From Myxococcota bacterium (GTDB lineage Bacteria; Myxococcota_A; SURF-8), in contig CAXXQS010000001.1 of NCBI GenBank assembly GCA_963674735.2, positions 2,560,001-2,624,000 on the forward strand: a stretch of DNA of 64,000 bases. The letters are read 5' to 3'. Shown here one piece after another: positions 53,673-63,958 of this stretch (position 1 is its first letter; every line of letters starts with the position of its first letter). The notes beneath the pieces are model-generated. The model was not told the DNA's origin. It made no database searches and saw only the letters and a list, made by a program, of their open reading frames with translations. The position numbers were made by a program, and so were the translations under genes.

Positions 53673-53724
53673 GAAGGCGTTGATCCGACGTTAAAGGAGG
53701 GGCCGATAAAAGCACACGGGAGAC

Positions 53725-54441
53725 TCAGTCGGCCGGATTATCGGGAACCGGCTCCGGCGCCGCCTCATTCGGTTCCCCGACATCGCCGCCATCGGGCGGA
53801 TCGATATTAATGTCCCCGTCCTCATCCCAACCGCGGTTATACATGGTTTGCAGGCAGGTCGAAAAGCGATCGCAGCTCACCGCCTGTACGCAGTCCAGGG
53901 AAATCTCGGGCACCCATCCGTAAAGCAGATCCTGCGCGCATTGTTCCTGACAAGACGGCACGTCCAGCGGCGCGATATAGTCGCAAGCGAGCATGCGACT
54001 GCAAACGCCGGTGCAACTCGCCTCGTAGTCGTCCAGATCATCCGTATCGGGGTCGATGGCGTTGCAGGAATAATCCGCCTCGCCGCCCAGCAACAGGCAC
54101 AGGCGGTAATCGTCGCAGTCGTCCGCATCGGCGCAGGCCAGCGGCGCCATGGACACCGACACGCCCCAGTCGGTATCCCCGATCAGCGCGCAGCCCTCGC
54201 GGCACTGCTCGACGCTGAAATCGAAGCTGTCGCCTTGCGCTTCGCAGGCTTCCTGGCGGTCGCACAGAACCTCGCAGCGCTCGGGACACTCCCCCGGTCC
54301 CGGTTCGCCCGACGGCCCCTCGCCATCTCCGCAGGCACAGAGCAGCAGCCCCATCGTCCAAACAAATCCGCCGACGACGAGGACCCGCCGCCATGACCGA
54401 CTCCCGGTTCCAATCCGTCGCACTCGAACAGGCAAGCCCAT
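53725..54441 (-). CDS. Cys-rich acidic lipoprotein (paralogue-like to 12500-13051)
   Basis: LCAC lipobox; two CxxxCxxxxxC...CxxxC...C modules; GGAGG RBS. Confidence 0.72.
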   Translation of the reverse strand: MGLPVRVRRIGTGSRSWRRVLVVGGFVWTMGLLLCACGDGEGPSGEPGPGECPERCEVLCDRQEACEAQGDSFDFSVEQCREGCALIGDTDWGVSVSMAPLACADADDCDDYRLCLLLGGEADYSCNAIDPDTDDLDDYEASCTGVCSRMLACDYIAPLDVPSCQEQCAQDLLYGWVPEISLDCVQAVSCDRFSTCLQTMYNRGWDEDGDINIDPPDGGDVGEPNEAAPEPVPDNPAD

Positions 54442-54460
54442 CGCGAACCTCCCTCGTGTC

Positions 54461-55552
54461 TCAGACGACCTGGCCGCTCATCTTTTGAAGTTTGCGGATA
54501 TCGTTCATTTCACCCAGACAGATCAGGGTCATCCCCGGCTCCAAAACAAAACCGGCATCGGGATTGAAATCGTATTTGCGTTTCTTTTTGATTTCGATGG
54601 CCATAACGGTCAGGTTCATGGTGCGCCGGAAATTCAGTTCCATCAGCGTTTTGCCCGACAAATGCGAGCCTTCCGTCACCGGTACTTCCTCGATGCGGAT
54701 GTCCTGAGTCTGCTCGCGCATCATTTTGTCGAGAAAGGTGGTAACGGTGGGGCGCAGCATCTCGGAGGCCATCCGCAACCCGCCGATGAAGGTGGTCGTC
54801 ACCACGCGGTCGGCTCCGGCACGACGCAGTTTGCGCTCCGACTGCAGGCTGACGGCCTTGGTCACCACACGCAGCTTGGGGTTGATCTGCTTGGCCGACA
54901 CGATGATGAAGGCGTTGTCCTTGTCGTCGGTACAGGCAGCGATCACCCCGGAGGCCCGCTCGATACCCGCCGCCAACAGGGTGTCGTCGTCGCTGGCATC
55001 GCCGACGATGTACGGCACTTCTACTTCCAGCGATTCCATCGCCCGCTGCAACCGGTTTTCGTTGAGATCGATCATGACGAAAGGCTTGTGGGTGGCCTTG
55101 AGTTCCTCGGCCACATGCAGACCGGTCTCGCCCATACCGCAGATGATGATATGATTCTCCATCTTTCCCAACCTTTTCAGCATGCGCCGCCGGAACAGAA
55201 TGTCCCGCAGCTGGCCCTCGACGATGAAAGCCGTCAAAGAAGAAATGAAAAACAGAATGGAACCCATGCCCATCAAAATCAGGACCATGGTGAACACTTT
55301 GGCCGACGGATTGTGCCCGATGTCCAGCACTTCGCTGTAGCCGACGGTGGTCAGGGTGATGACGGTCATGTAAGCGCAGTCGAGAAGCGACCAGTGCCCT
55401 TCGCCTAAAAGCGAATATCCGACGATTCCCAAGGCGAACATGGACAGCATCAGCCCACCGGCTAAATACAGTTTTTTCACCGGATCGGCAAAATCGACCG
55501 ACTTGCGAATCCTGTGGGGCGTGTTCGCGCTCTTGGTGCTATTAATCCTCAT
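54461..55552 (-). CDS. Potassium channel with TrkA-N/TrkA-C (RCK) domains
   Basis: Two TM segments with TTVGYS pore motif, IICGMGETG, GDAS, AGAD. Confidence 0.92.
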   Translation of the reverse strand: MRINSTKSANTPHRIRKSVDFADPVKKLYLAGGLMLSMFALGIVGYSLLGEGHWSLLDCAYMTVITLTTVGYSEVLDIGHNPSAKVFTMVLILMGMGSILFFISSLTAFIVEGQLRDILFRRRMLKRLGKMENHIIICGMGETGLHVAEELKATHKPFVMIDLNENRLQRAMESLEVEVPYIVGDASDDDTLLAAGIERASGVIAACTDDKDNAFIIVSAKQINPKLRVVTKAVSLQSERKLRRAGADRVVTTTFIGGLRMASEMLRPTVTTFLDKMMREQTQDIRIEEVPVTEGSHLSGKTLMELNFRRTMNLTVMAIEIKKKRKYDFNPDAGFVLEPGMTLICLGEMNDIRKLQKMSGQVV

Positions 55553-55748
55553 CTACACTTTCAGCCATTCTCCTACGAGCGATTGAGCTCCCGTTCAAAT
55601 CGGATTTTCCGCACATTATACATGGAAGCAGGAAAAAAAGCGCCGATATCCTGTATGGTCACATGGCTTCTGCGAAAAAATGCATCGCTGTCCGTATATA
55701 TTCGCTATAATGGAATGGTTTGTCAACCCGAAGTATGAAGGAGACGTT

Positions 55749-57431
55749 GTGCTCACCGCCCTCGATCTCGGCATCGTAGCCGTTTACCTCGTCTTTTTAT
55801 TGGGGCTCGGCCTGTTTCTGCGGCACAAAGCCAACCGCGGGGTCAGCCACTATTTTCTTTCGGGCCGCTCCCTACCTTGGTGGGTGGCGGGGACTTCCAT
55901 GGCCGCCTCGGCTTTTTCGGCCGACACGCCGCTGTACGTCACCGACATCACACGCGCAGGCGGAATCGGGGCCAACTGGGAGTGGTGGTGCTACGCCATC
56001 GGCGGCGGCTTTTCGGTGTATTTCCTCGCGCGGCTGTGGCGACGCGCCGGTGTTCTGACGGACGTCGAGCTGACCGAGCTGCGCTATGACGGCCGGGGGG
56101 CGCGCTGGCTGCGGGCGCTGCGGGCGCTGATTATGTCGGTTCCCGTCAACTGCATCGCCATGGCGCTGGTGATCAAAGCCATGACCACCATCCTCTCCGA
56201 CTCCCTCGGAGTCGATCCCGCCTGGCTGATTCCCGTGTGCCTGGCGGTGACGCTGCTCTATTCGCTCTTGTCCGGTTTCTGGGGCGTGGTGGTTACCGAC
56301 TTCATCCAATTCATCCTGGCTTTCGCAGGTGCGTTGATTCTGGCGGGGGCGGCGGTGGCGGCCGTGGGCGGACTCGACAGTCTGGCCACCGAGATGCACG
56401 CGTTACCACCCGAGCGATCCCCGCTGAACCTGCTCCCGCGTGGTGGAGACGGTTTCTGGAGCAGCCTGCCCGCCGCTTTGGCGCTTTTGTTCGGGGTACA
56501 GTGGTGGGCCTTCATCAACGCCGACGGCGGCGGCAAGATCATCCAACGCCAACTCGCCTGCCGCGACGAACGCGAGGCGGTGCGCGCCACCATGTGGTTC
56601 ACCGTCACCCACTACGTCCTGCGCACCTGGCCCTGGATCGTGGTGGCGTTGGCCTCTCTGGTGCTGCTGCCCGACCTGGCCGAAGGCACGCGCGCCTATA
56701 CCGCCGTGATGCTGGAGGTGCTTCCGAGCGGCTGGCGCGGCTTCATGGTCGCGACCTTTCTGGCGGCGTTCATGAGCACCATCGACACCCAACTCAACTG
56801 GGGCTCCAGCTACTTCGTCCACGATTTCTACGCCCGTTTCGTGCGACCCGCGAGCAGCGAACGCCACCTGCTCAAGTTGTCGCGCCTGACAGGCATCGCC
56901 GCGCTGGTTCTGGCAGGCGTTTTCACCTACTTCAGCGACTCGGTGACGTCCATCTTCCGTTTTCTGCTGGCCATGGGCGCGGGGGTCGGGCCGATCTACC
57001 TGCTGCGCTGGTTCTGGTGGCGCGTCAACGCCTGGACGGAACTCGTGGCCATGCTCGCCTCCATGGGCGTCGCGACCGCCTGCCGCTGGGCGGGACTGCC
57101 GCTCGCACCCTCGCTGCTGATCACCCTGGCCGTCAGCCTGCCGCTCGCGCTGGCGGCGACCTTTCTCACCCGCCCGGTATCGGAGGAACACCTGCGCCGC
57201 TTCGTCATGCGCACGCGTCCCTTCGGAGCCTGGAGCCGTTTCCGCAGCGCCGACACGATCCCCGATCCGCTGTGGCCCGCCATCGGCGGCTGGCTGGCCT
57301 TTACGGCTGCGCTCTTTCTGCTGCTGTTCGGCACCGGCTGGCTGATTCTGGGTCCGACCGGCTGGGGTGTCGCCGCCCTCGCCGCTGCCTTGCCGCTGGG
57401 TTATTGGGCGTTACGAACCGCCGAAAGCTGA
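55749..57431 (+). CDS. Sodium:solute symporter (SSS family)
   Basis: YFLSGRSLPWW..GTS, GVVVTDFIQ, AAFMST; GTG start after AAGGAG. Confidence 0.92.
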   Translation: MLTALDLGIVAVYLVFLLGLGLFLRHKANRGVSHYFLSGRSLPWWVAGTSMAASAFSADTPLYVTDITRAGGIGANWEWWCYAIGGGFSVYFLARLWRRAGVLTDVELTELRYDGRGARWLRALRALIMSVPVNCIAMALVIKAMTTILSDSLGVDPAWLIPVCLAVTLLYSLLSGFWGVVVTDFIQFILAFAGALILAGAAVAAVGGLDSLATEMHALPPERSPLNLLPRGGDGFWSSLPAALALLFGVQWWAFINADGGGKIIQRQLACRDEREAVRATMWFTVTHYVLRTWPWIVVALASLVLLPDLAEGTRAYTAVMLEVLPSGWRGFMVATFLAAFMSTIDTQLNWGSSYFVHDFYARFVRPASSERHLLKLSRLTGIAALVLAGVFTYFSDSVTSIFRFLLAMGAGVGPIYLLRWFWWRVNAWTELVAMLASMGVATACRWAGLPLAPSLLITLAVSLPLALAATFLTRPVSEEHLRRFVMRTRPFGAWSRFRSADTIPDPLWPAIGGWLAFTAALFLLLFGTGWLILGPTGWGVAALAAALPLGYWALRTAES

Positions 57432-57472
57432 TCACGGCATTTTCCGGGAGCCCGTCGGAGTATTGTAGTATT

Positions 57473-57545
57473 GTAGGTCGGACAGATCTTCTGTCCGACA
57501 CAAAGGGAGATTATAATTGTCGGACAAAGAATTTGTCCGACCTAC
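57473..57545. repeat. REPIN family A, copy 2
   Basis: Reverse complement of 45523-45595 with 2 mismatches. Confidence 0.9.
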
Positions 57546-57580
57546 TGAAGACTATTTCGTTGGAGATGAGCTTTAACGCG

Positions 57581-57625
57581 AAAATCAAGACAACCATGCG
57601 GAACAGGACAGAGCCTTGTTCCTAC
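57581..57625 (-). repeat. GTAG-tagged REP family B
   Basis: Reverse strand GTAGGAACAAGGCTCTGTCCTGTTCCGCATG; homologous to 45196-45233. Confidence 0.75.
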
Positions 57626-57837
57626 TTTTAGAAACCTCACCCACCCGCCGTTTAGTGATATCCCTCAGGTTTGACAACCAGTAGAATAAACTTACTTCTT
57701 TTGGCGGCCTCCAACACGGGAACAGCCGAAAGCGGATCCGTTTTCGCCCCTTTCCCTTGCCAGACACGGATAGGATGGTTAGGTTAGAGGTGGACGCTCA
57801 CGAAGCCGTCGTCACTCCACCGCGAAAGGAGACACGC

Positions 57838-58284
57838 ATGGAACCCACAGATACCAACACCTGCGAAATGCCGGATGCCAATCCGCCCTCGGACGAGATT
57901 CGCCAGCTATTGGAAAGCCACCGCGTCATCGCCATTGTCGGCCTCTCGGACAAACCCGAGCGCGACAGTTATCGCGTGGCCAAATATATGAAAGAGAACG
58001 GCTACCGCATCATTCCGGTCAATCCCACCCAAGACGAAATTCTGGGAGAAAAAAGCTACGCCAGCCTGAATGACATTCCCGAAGCCGTGGACGTAGTCGA
58101 TATCTTCCGCAAGCCCGAGGCCATCCCGGCCGTGGTGGACGACGCCATCGCCATCGGGGCCAAAGCGGTGTGGATGCAATTGGGGCTGGCCCATCACGTA
58201 TCCGCCGAAAAGGCGCGCCAGGCCGGGCTTCAGGTGGTGCAGTCGAAATGTATCAAGGTGGAACACGCCCGGCTGAAGGCCTAG
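57838..58284 (+). CDS. CoA-binding protein (YccU-like)
   Basis: IAIVGLS.KPER.S, PVNP, VDIFR, VWMQLG, CIKVEH. Confidence 0.93.
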   Translation: MEPTDTNTCEMPDANPPSDEIRQLLESHRVIAIVGLSDKPERDSYRVAKYMKENGYRIIPVNPTQDEILGEKSYASLNDIPEAVDVVDIFRKPEAIPAVVDDAIAIGAKAVWMQLGLAHHVSAEKARQAGLQVVQSKCIKVEHARLKA

Positions 58285-58308
58285 CGGTCCGGTCGTTTTT
58301 CGGGTCCG

Positions 58309-59457
58309 CTACCGGAACTTGTAGGTCAAGTCGTAGATGACCTGATTCAGCATGTCGAAGCTGTAGTAGATCACATAAGCGGTCGCCAGCACCATCAAAC
58401 CCGCCAACAGCCAGTAAATCAGTTTGCCCCGCCCGGTAAATGTGGCGCTGCGCAGAAAAACGCCGTTGAGCCAGACAAGAACCAGCGTGGCGACATTCGC
58501 GGTCAAGATGAGGGGAAACATGGCGCGCCCGGAAGGCCCGCCCAGAAAAAGCGTCGCCGCAATAAAGGCGATCACGACGGCCAGAAGCGGCCAGAATTCC
58601 ACCGGTGGCGGCCACGCGGACAACGGAGTCTGCGCCGATCGTCTGATTCCGATGAAAGATAGGGGAATCATCACGATCAAAAACAGCAAAGCCACCCAGA
58701 AAAACGTCTGCTGCTGCCCGGCTTCACCAAGTTGCTTGAGATAGGTCTGGGCCGTCTGCAAACCATAACCTTCGCTGGCCGCCAAGCTTCGCAGAATTTT
58801 CGTGGCCTCGGCTACGCTGCCCAATTCCATCAGGGCTTCCGCCTCGCCCAGCTTGCCGCGACGCTCCTTGTCGGTTCCCGGATTTTCCCGCGCGATTTCC
58901 TCGAAAACTTCCACCGCCTCCGCATATTCTCCGGCGCGCCGGTAATAATTGGCCAGCCAGATCTGGGCGTCGAAACGATAGGGAAAGGTCGGGAACTCCT
59001 CCAGAACGCGCTCGATTTGCGCTTTGGCTTTTTCTTTGCCGAGTTTTTCGGTGTGGGTACGCGCCGTTTCGTACAGGGCCAGCGGCTCCGCACCCGCACC
59101 CAGTCCCTGCTTCAGATAGTCCAGACGCATCCCGATCCGGCGCACCAGGCGGCTGCTCGGGAAACGGGATTGGAATTCCTTGTAAAAGCGGACGGCCGCC
59201 TCGTAATCGGTCTTCTCTTCATCCGCAATCCGGCCCATCTCGTAGAGGGCATCGTCGGCGAAACGCCCTTCCGGCGCTTGCTCGGCCAGCTTACGTAAAA
59301 CTTGATTCGCCTCATCGAACTTGCCTTCGCGCCCCAACGCCACCCCACGGTAGTATTGCTCGCGTCCGCTCGACTCCTCCTCCTGGGAAAAGACGGGAAC
59401 CGCGAGAAGGGCAATCAACAGAAAAGTCGTCAAACATCGGAGAGTTATCCGCAACAT
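58309..59457 (-). CDS. Exported TPR protein with a C-terminal 4-TM anchor
   Basis: Signal peptide, ADDALYEMG and FPSS TPR motifs, hydrophobic C-terminus. Confidence 0.8.
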   Translation of the reverse strand: MLRITLRCLTTFLLIALLAVPVFSQEEESSGREQYYRGVALGREGKFDEANQVLRKLAEQAPEGRFADDALYEMGRIADEEKTDYEAAVRFYKEFQSRFPSSRLVRRIGMRLDYLKQGLGAGAEPLALYETARTHTEKLGKEKAKAQIERVLEEFPTFPYRFDAQIWLANYYRRAGEYAEAVEVFEEIARENPGTDKERRGKLGEAEALMELGSVAEATKILRSLAASEGYGLQTAQTYLKQLGEAGQQQTFFWVALLFLIVMIPLSFIGIRRSAQTPLSAWPPPVEFWPLLAVVIAFIAATLFLGGPSGRAMFPLILTANVATLVLVWLNGVFLRSATFTGRGKLIYWLLAGLMVLATAYVIYYSFDMLNQVIYDLTYKFR

Positions 59458-59558
59458 ATGTCTACTCCAGTTCATGCATCATCTTGACAGAACCTCGCGT
59501 TCTGGTAGATTATCATTGTTTTCAACCGAATAGCAACAGGTGTCAACGAGGAAACACA

Positions 59559-60392
59559 ATGCTCAAAAGCGACCCGCGGGCAAACACGGGGCTCAGGGAA
59601 CTCGAAGAATTGGAAGATCGCATCGAAAAACTGCGCCATTCCTACGATCTTTTCTTCGCGGGAATCGACAATATCGACCCCACCGATAAAAAGGCCGCCA
59701 TCCGACGCTTGATTTCCAAATTGAACGAAATGCGTCTGGCCAACCCCCGTGCGCGCTTTCGTTTTCAGTCGCTGGCGGGGCGCTTTGTCTCGCTCAACCA
59801 ATACTGGACCCGCGTCATGCGCGAAATCGAAAACGGCAATTATCGACGCGACATCTTCCGTTCGCGGATCAACAAACCCGAGGAACCCAAAGCTTTTTTC
59901 GGCAAGGAAGCCCCGATTCTCGAAACCGAAAACGACGAAGGCGAGAGCAAGCGCACCGCATTGAAGGCGGCCACGGAAATGGCCAAAGAGCGTGACAAAA
60001 CGCGCCGTTACGATGTTCGTGTGCGGGAAATCAGCGAAGACGAAATCGATAAACTTAACCACAAACGTCCCCTGCAAGGCCCGGAGCAACCCGCGCCTCG
60101 CACCGCCCCCCCGGCGACTCCGCCCGCAGCCAAACCGACTCCCAAACCGGCGGCCGCCTCCAACGGGTCGAACGGACCGGATATGAATCGCATCTACGAC
60201 GATTACGTGAGCGCCCGCAAACGAGCGAGCCAAAACACCGGCAATATCGACAAGGAAACCCTCCGGCGCGAAATCGACCGCCAGACGCAAACTCTGAAAA
60301 AGCGCTATAAAACAGACCACATCGACTTTCGCGTCGTCGAAAAGGACGGTCGCGTGGTGTTGCGCCCGGTCGTCAAGAAAGGAAGCCGGTAA
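59559..60392 (+). CDS. MXAN_5187 C-terminal-domain-like protein
   Basis: YDLFFAG...RFRF...YW.R.MREIE.G N-terminal block; YDDYVSAR...DFRVVEKDGRVVLRP C-terminus. Confidence 0.7.
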   Translation: MLKSDPRANTGLRELEELEDRIEKLRHSYDLFFAGIDNIDPTDKKAAIRRLISKLNEMRLANPRARFRFQSLAGRFVSLNQYWTRVMREIENGNYRRDIFRSRINKPEEPKAFFGKEAPILETENDEGESKRTALKAATEMAKERDKTRRYDVRVREISEDEIDKLNHKRPLQGPEQPAPRTAPPATPPAAKPTPKPAAASNGSNGPDMNRIYDDYVSARKRASQNTGNIDKETLRREIDRQTQTLKKRYKTDHIDFRVVEKDGRVVLRPVVKKGSR

Positions 60393-60396
60393 GCCC

Positions 60397-60909
60397 GTGG
60401 CAACCCGTTATCCTCTCGCACCAAGCGGCGTCATCATGGTGCTCGGCTCCCCCAGTCTGGACGATGGCCGGGCCTCTCCGGTGCAAATCAGCCGTTGTGC
60501 GCAAGCGCTGGCCGTCTGGCGGCGCGATCCGCAGCCGCTCATCGGTCTGTTGGGTGCGGCGGTGAAAAACGAACACCCGGAATCCGTCACCATGGCCGAT
60601 TGGCTGAAACGCGCGGGCGTGCCCGCCGACCGCCTGTGGACGGAAACCGCCACCCGCACCACCCGTGACCAGGCTCTGCTGATCCGTGATTTCATTCAAG
60701 AAACGGACACGCCCAACGTGACGGTGGTTAGCTCGTCGGCACACTTGCGGCGCACACGCATGCTGTTGACACGCGCCAAAGCCGACCTGTCCCGCATCGG
60801 CTTCAGCTCCACAGAAAAACCCCGGCCCTGGCGACAGTTGCGCGATTGGATCTATGAGGCCACGGCCTGGAGCAAAGACTGGACCCGCACCCTGGTGGGA
60901 CGCTGGTAG
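60397..60909 (+). CDS. YdcF/DUF218 family protein
   Basis: IMVLG, ES..MA.WL...GVP, T.DQA, VVSSSAHLRR. Confidence 0.82.
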   Translation: MATRYPLAPSGVIMVLGSPSLDDGRASPVQISRCAQALAVWRRDPQPLIGLLGAAVKNEHPESVTMADWLKRAGVPADRLWTETATRTTRDQALLIRDFIQETDTPNVTVVSSSAHLRRTRMLLTRAKADLSRIGFSSTEKPRPWRQLRDWIYEATAWSKDWTRTLVGRW

Positions 60910-60996
60910 ATCATCCAGTGTAAATAAAAGGTGTTGACCCGGAAGCCGTGCGCCGCTACGCTTCCTTCAGTTTTGAAATCAAACACGAGGACACCC

Positions 60997-62454
60997 ATGC
61001 TGCGCCGTATCCATGATTGTTTTCCGATTTTCCTGCTTCTGATTCCCTTTGTCGCCCTCGCCTGCTCGTCCGGCGGCGATTCCGATCCCGGCGACGGCGA
61101 CCGCGAGCTTGCCGCCGAAAACGACGAAGCGGAGACCGGCTGCCTCGATGGCGAAGTGGATTGCGACGGTTCCAAGGCGATCCTGTGCCGCGACCAGGCC
61201 TGGGACGTGCTGAAAGACTGCGCCGATTCGGATATGCAGTGCGACAATGGGCGCTGTATTCCCATCCCGGTCGACGGCGACCCCGATCAGACGGACCATG
61301 ATACGGAAGAAAGCGACCAGGAAGCGCCTCCGGACAACACCGCCCCCGAGGTGATCGGCACCTCGCCTGCCAACGGGTCGAGCGGCATCGATTCCGAAAT
61401 CGGCGAAATCCGCATCAATTTCAGCGAAACCCTCGACACCACGGGATTTTTACCGGCACGCGACATCTCCGTGATCGGCGGCTGCCGCCAGATCGTGTTC
61501 ACCGCCTCCTTCGAAAATGACGACAAGCAAATCGAAATCACCCTGCTCGACCTCCTGGAAACCGGCATTACCTATACCGTCTCGATCGTGGCCGACAAAC
61601 TGCACGATCTCGCCGGAAACCCCTTCGCGGGAATCAGCTTTTCCTTCACCACGTCCGGCGACGTGGACGGCGATTGCGAAGCGGATTGGCAAGACGATCA
61701 AGCGCCCTACATCACCCTGACCAATCCCTACAACGGCCAGTTCGGCGTCGCCACCGACCTCGACGGCATCCAGATCGTGTTTTCGGAAGCCATCGATACG
61801 TTGCTACTGAACACCCAAACGGCGGTCGGCATCCAAGGCGACCCGGCAGACAGCCCGGCCTACACGCCCTCCTGGGTGGCCGACGACACCATCCTCAACC
61901 TCGACCTGGATGACGCACTCAATGCCGATACCGCCTACACGGTGAGTCTGAGCGCCGACTTGATCGACTTGGCGGGCAATCCGCTGGTTCCCACCCAATT
62001 CACCTTCAGCACCCAGGATCCCCCCGATGGCGATTTCGACCTGCCGGAGATCGAGGCCGAACTCGAAGCGGAAGCAACACCCGATGGCGATCTGGATACC
62101 GGCATCCCCAATTCGGGCATTCTGGGCGACACGTCCCGCAGCCAATGCCTGGCGCAAGGCGGAACGGAAACCCTGACGGCCACCGGCAGCAGCGACACCA
62201 TCGGCTATAAAGTCCAGGTCAGCCATGATAATGCGGTTTACGGGGACTGCATCACCAATGTCCGCGTGGACTTTACGCAAGATGGCAGCCTGCTCGAATT
62301 TTTCGAGACGCCTCAGTCCAGTTACACCTGTTCCGCCACCTGTCCGTACGATCTGGATATCACCGTCAACCGGCTCTTCGCCGCCACCTATACCGTGCGC
62401 CTGTGGCCTTTCGAAGCCGCCCAGCCCATCGAAACGACCGTCACGGTTCCCTGA
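60997..62454 (+). CDS. Lipoprotein with two Big_5-type Ig-like domains
   Basis: ALAC lipobox; two AP.....P.NG...FSE.(L/I)D...YTVS...DLAGNP repeats; DGD linkers. Confidence 0.82.
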   Translation: MLRRIHDCFPIFLLLIPFVALACSSGGDSDPGDGDRELAAENDEAETGCLDGEVDCDGSKAILCRDQAWDVLKDCADSDMQCDNGRCIPIPVDGDPDQTDHDTEESDQEAPPDNTAPEVIGTSPANGSSGIDSEIGEIRINFSETLDTTGFLPARDISVIGGCRQIVFTASFENDDKQIEITLLDLLETGITYTVSIVADKLHDLAGNPFAGISFSFTTSGDVDGDCEADWQDDQAPYITLTNPYNGQFGVATDLDGIQIVFSEAIDTLLLNTQTAVGIQGDPADSPAYTPSWVADDTILNLDLDDALNADTAYTVSLSADLIDLAGNPLVPTQFTFSTQDPPDGDFDLPEIEAELEAEATPDGDLDTGIPNSGILGDTSRSQCLAQGGTETLTATGSSDTIGYKVQVSHDNAVYGDCITNVRVDFTQDGSLLEFFETPQSSYTCSATCPYDLDITVNRLFAATYTVRLWPFEAAQPIETTVTVP

Positions 62455-62526
62455 AAAGGGGTTGTTAAACCCTATTCAAACAAACACGCGGCAGCGGTAG
62501 GTTTTTCAATGCATTAGGAGAATCAG

Positions 62527-63732
62527 ATGCAGGCGCAACATCCCCGGCGACACCCCGACCCGATTCGGTCGACCCGACCGCTGGGCCGACTCGCCCTGCT
62601 TGCCTTTCTCGCACTCGCAAGCCTTGTGCTGGCGGCCTGCGGCGGCGACGCTGACAGCGCCCTTGATGGCGACGTGGATGACGACCGGACGGAAGACCCG
62701 CAGACCGACGGCGACAACGACACCCCCGACGGGGACAACGACGCCTCCGATGACGACGGCGAAGAAGCCCCCATCGACTATACCTTCAATGAATTCGATT
62801 GGATGGACACGCCCCCGGACGTCGCCCAGCGCATCTGCGAGGAAACCGCCGCTCCGGAAAACCTCGAAGACCCCGTCAATATCCACTGCACGATCGAAGG
62901 CGAGCATTTCGCCCCGGACAACGTGGCGGCTAAAAACGAAATCGTGGTCATGGCTTACAACATCGAGCGCGGCTATCACGTGGACGAACAGATCGCCGCC
63001 ATTCGCGACGACCCGGCGATTCCCGTCCCCGACGTAATCCTGATCTCCGAAGCGGACCGCGGCTGCAGCCGGACCGACTCGCGCTATGTCATTCGCGAAT
63101 ACGCCCAAGCTTTGGAGATGAACTACGTCTACGCGGTCGAGTTCGTCGAGTTGCCGCGCCAGGCCGGTAGCGGCGGACAGATTTCCGGTGCGTGCGAACA
63201 CGGAAACGGGATTTTGTCGCGCTACCCCATCGGCAACGTCCACCCGATTCGCCACACCACCCAGCGCATCTGGTACGAAGACGAAGGCGAGCCGCGCCTC
63301 GGCGGGCGTATTGCGGTGCGAGCCGACATCCAGGTGGGCGAACGCATCCTGCACGTCTACGCCGTCCATTTCGAATCCGATATCGGTGAACTCATCCGTG
63401 CAGCTCAGGCCGAAGAATTGATCGCCGATGCGGCCGCCCTGCCCTTCACCTCGGTGGTCGGCGGCGACCTCAACAGCGGCTACTATGTCGTTGATCTCAC
63501 TTACGAAACCGATAGCGATCAAACCATCCGGCCCTTCCTGGAAGCCGACTGGGTGGACGCCCATGCGGCACTGCCGACCGAGCAGCGCGTCACCGCCCCC
63601 CACAGCGGGTTCATCCTCGATATCCTGCTGGCCGACGACAATGTCTTCAGCCAGCCGGGAATCGGACCCGAGGATTTATGCGGCGACCTGTCCGACCACT
63701 TGCCGGTCTGGGCCAGCGTCGCACTGCCCTGA
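62527..63732 (+). CDS. Endonuclease/exonuclease/phosphatase-family lipoprotein
   Basis: LAAC lipobox; AYNIERG, SEAD, GNGILSRYP, GGDLN, SDHLPV. Confidence 0.9.
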   Translation: MQAQHPRRHPDPIRSTRPLGRLALLAFLALASLVLAACGGDADSALDGDVDDDRTEDPQTDGDNDTPDGDNDASDDDGEEAPIDYTFNEFDWMDTPPDVAQRICEETAAPENLEDPVNIHCTIEGEHFAPDNVAAKNEIVVMAYNIERGYHVDEQIAAIRDDPAIPVPDVILISEADRGCSRTDSRYVIREYAQALEMNYVYAVEFVELPRQAGSGGQISGACEHGNGILSRYPIGNVHPIRHTTQRIWYEDEGEPRLGGRIAVRADIQVGERILHVYAVHFESDIGELIRAAQAEELIADAAALPFTSVVGGDLNSGYYVVDLTYETDSDQTIRPFLEADWVDAHAALPTEQRVTAPHSGFILDILLADDNVFSQPGIGPEDLCGDLSDHLPVWASVALP

Positions 63733-63958
63733 CCCTGGCGCGCCGACCTAATTACGACATAAACACTTGTTTTCAATCCTTTTTTAACCGGCACCAGGTT
63801 TCTCGAAATCTCGGCGTCTTTTTGTTGCCATCCGCTTTTAAACGACTATAATCCGGCGTGAAACGCACCGTTTCACGGTGTGGGATGGTTTGACAGGACC
63901 GCTCAGGTATGCGACCCTGTGAAATGTGAGTTCGGCTGGTCTGAAAAGGAGAAATCCG

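Noticed and set aside
53725-54441. Multiheme cytochrome c (also 12500-13051)
   Set aside because: The cysteines are in CxxxC patterns and no CxxCH motif is present
55330-55360. TVGYS instead of TVGYG filter as a novel channel selectivity
   Set aside because: Filter variants occur among bacterial RCK channels; one substitution is not enough evidence
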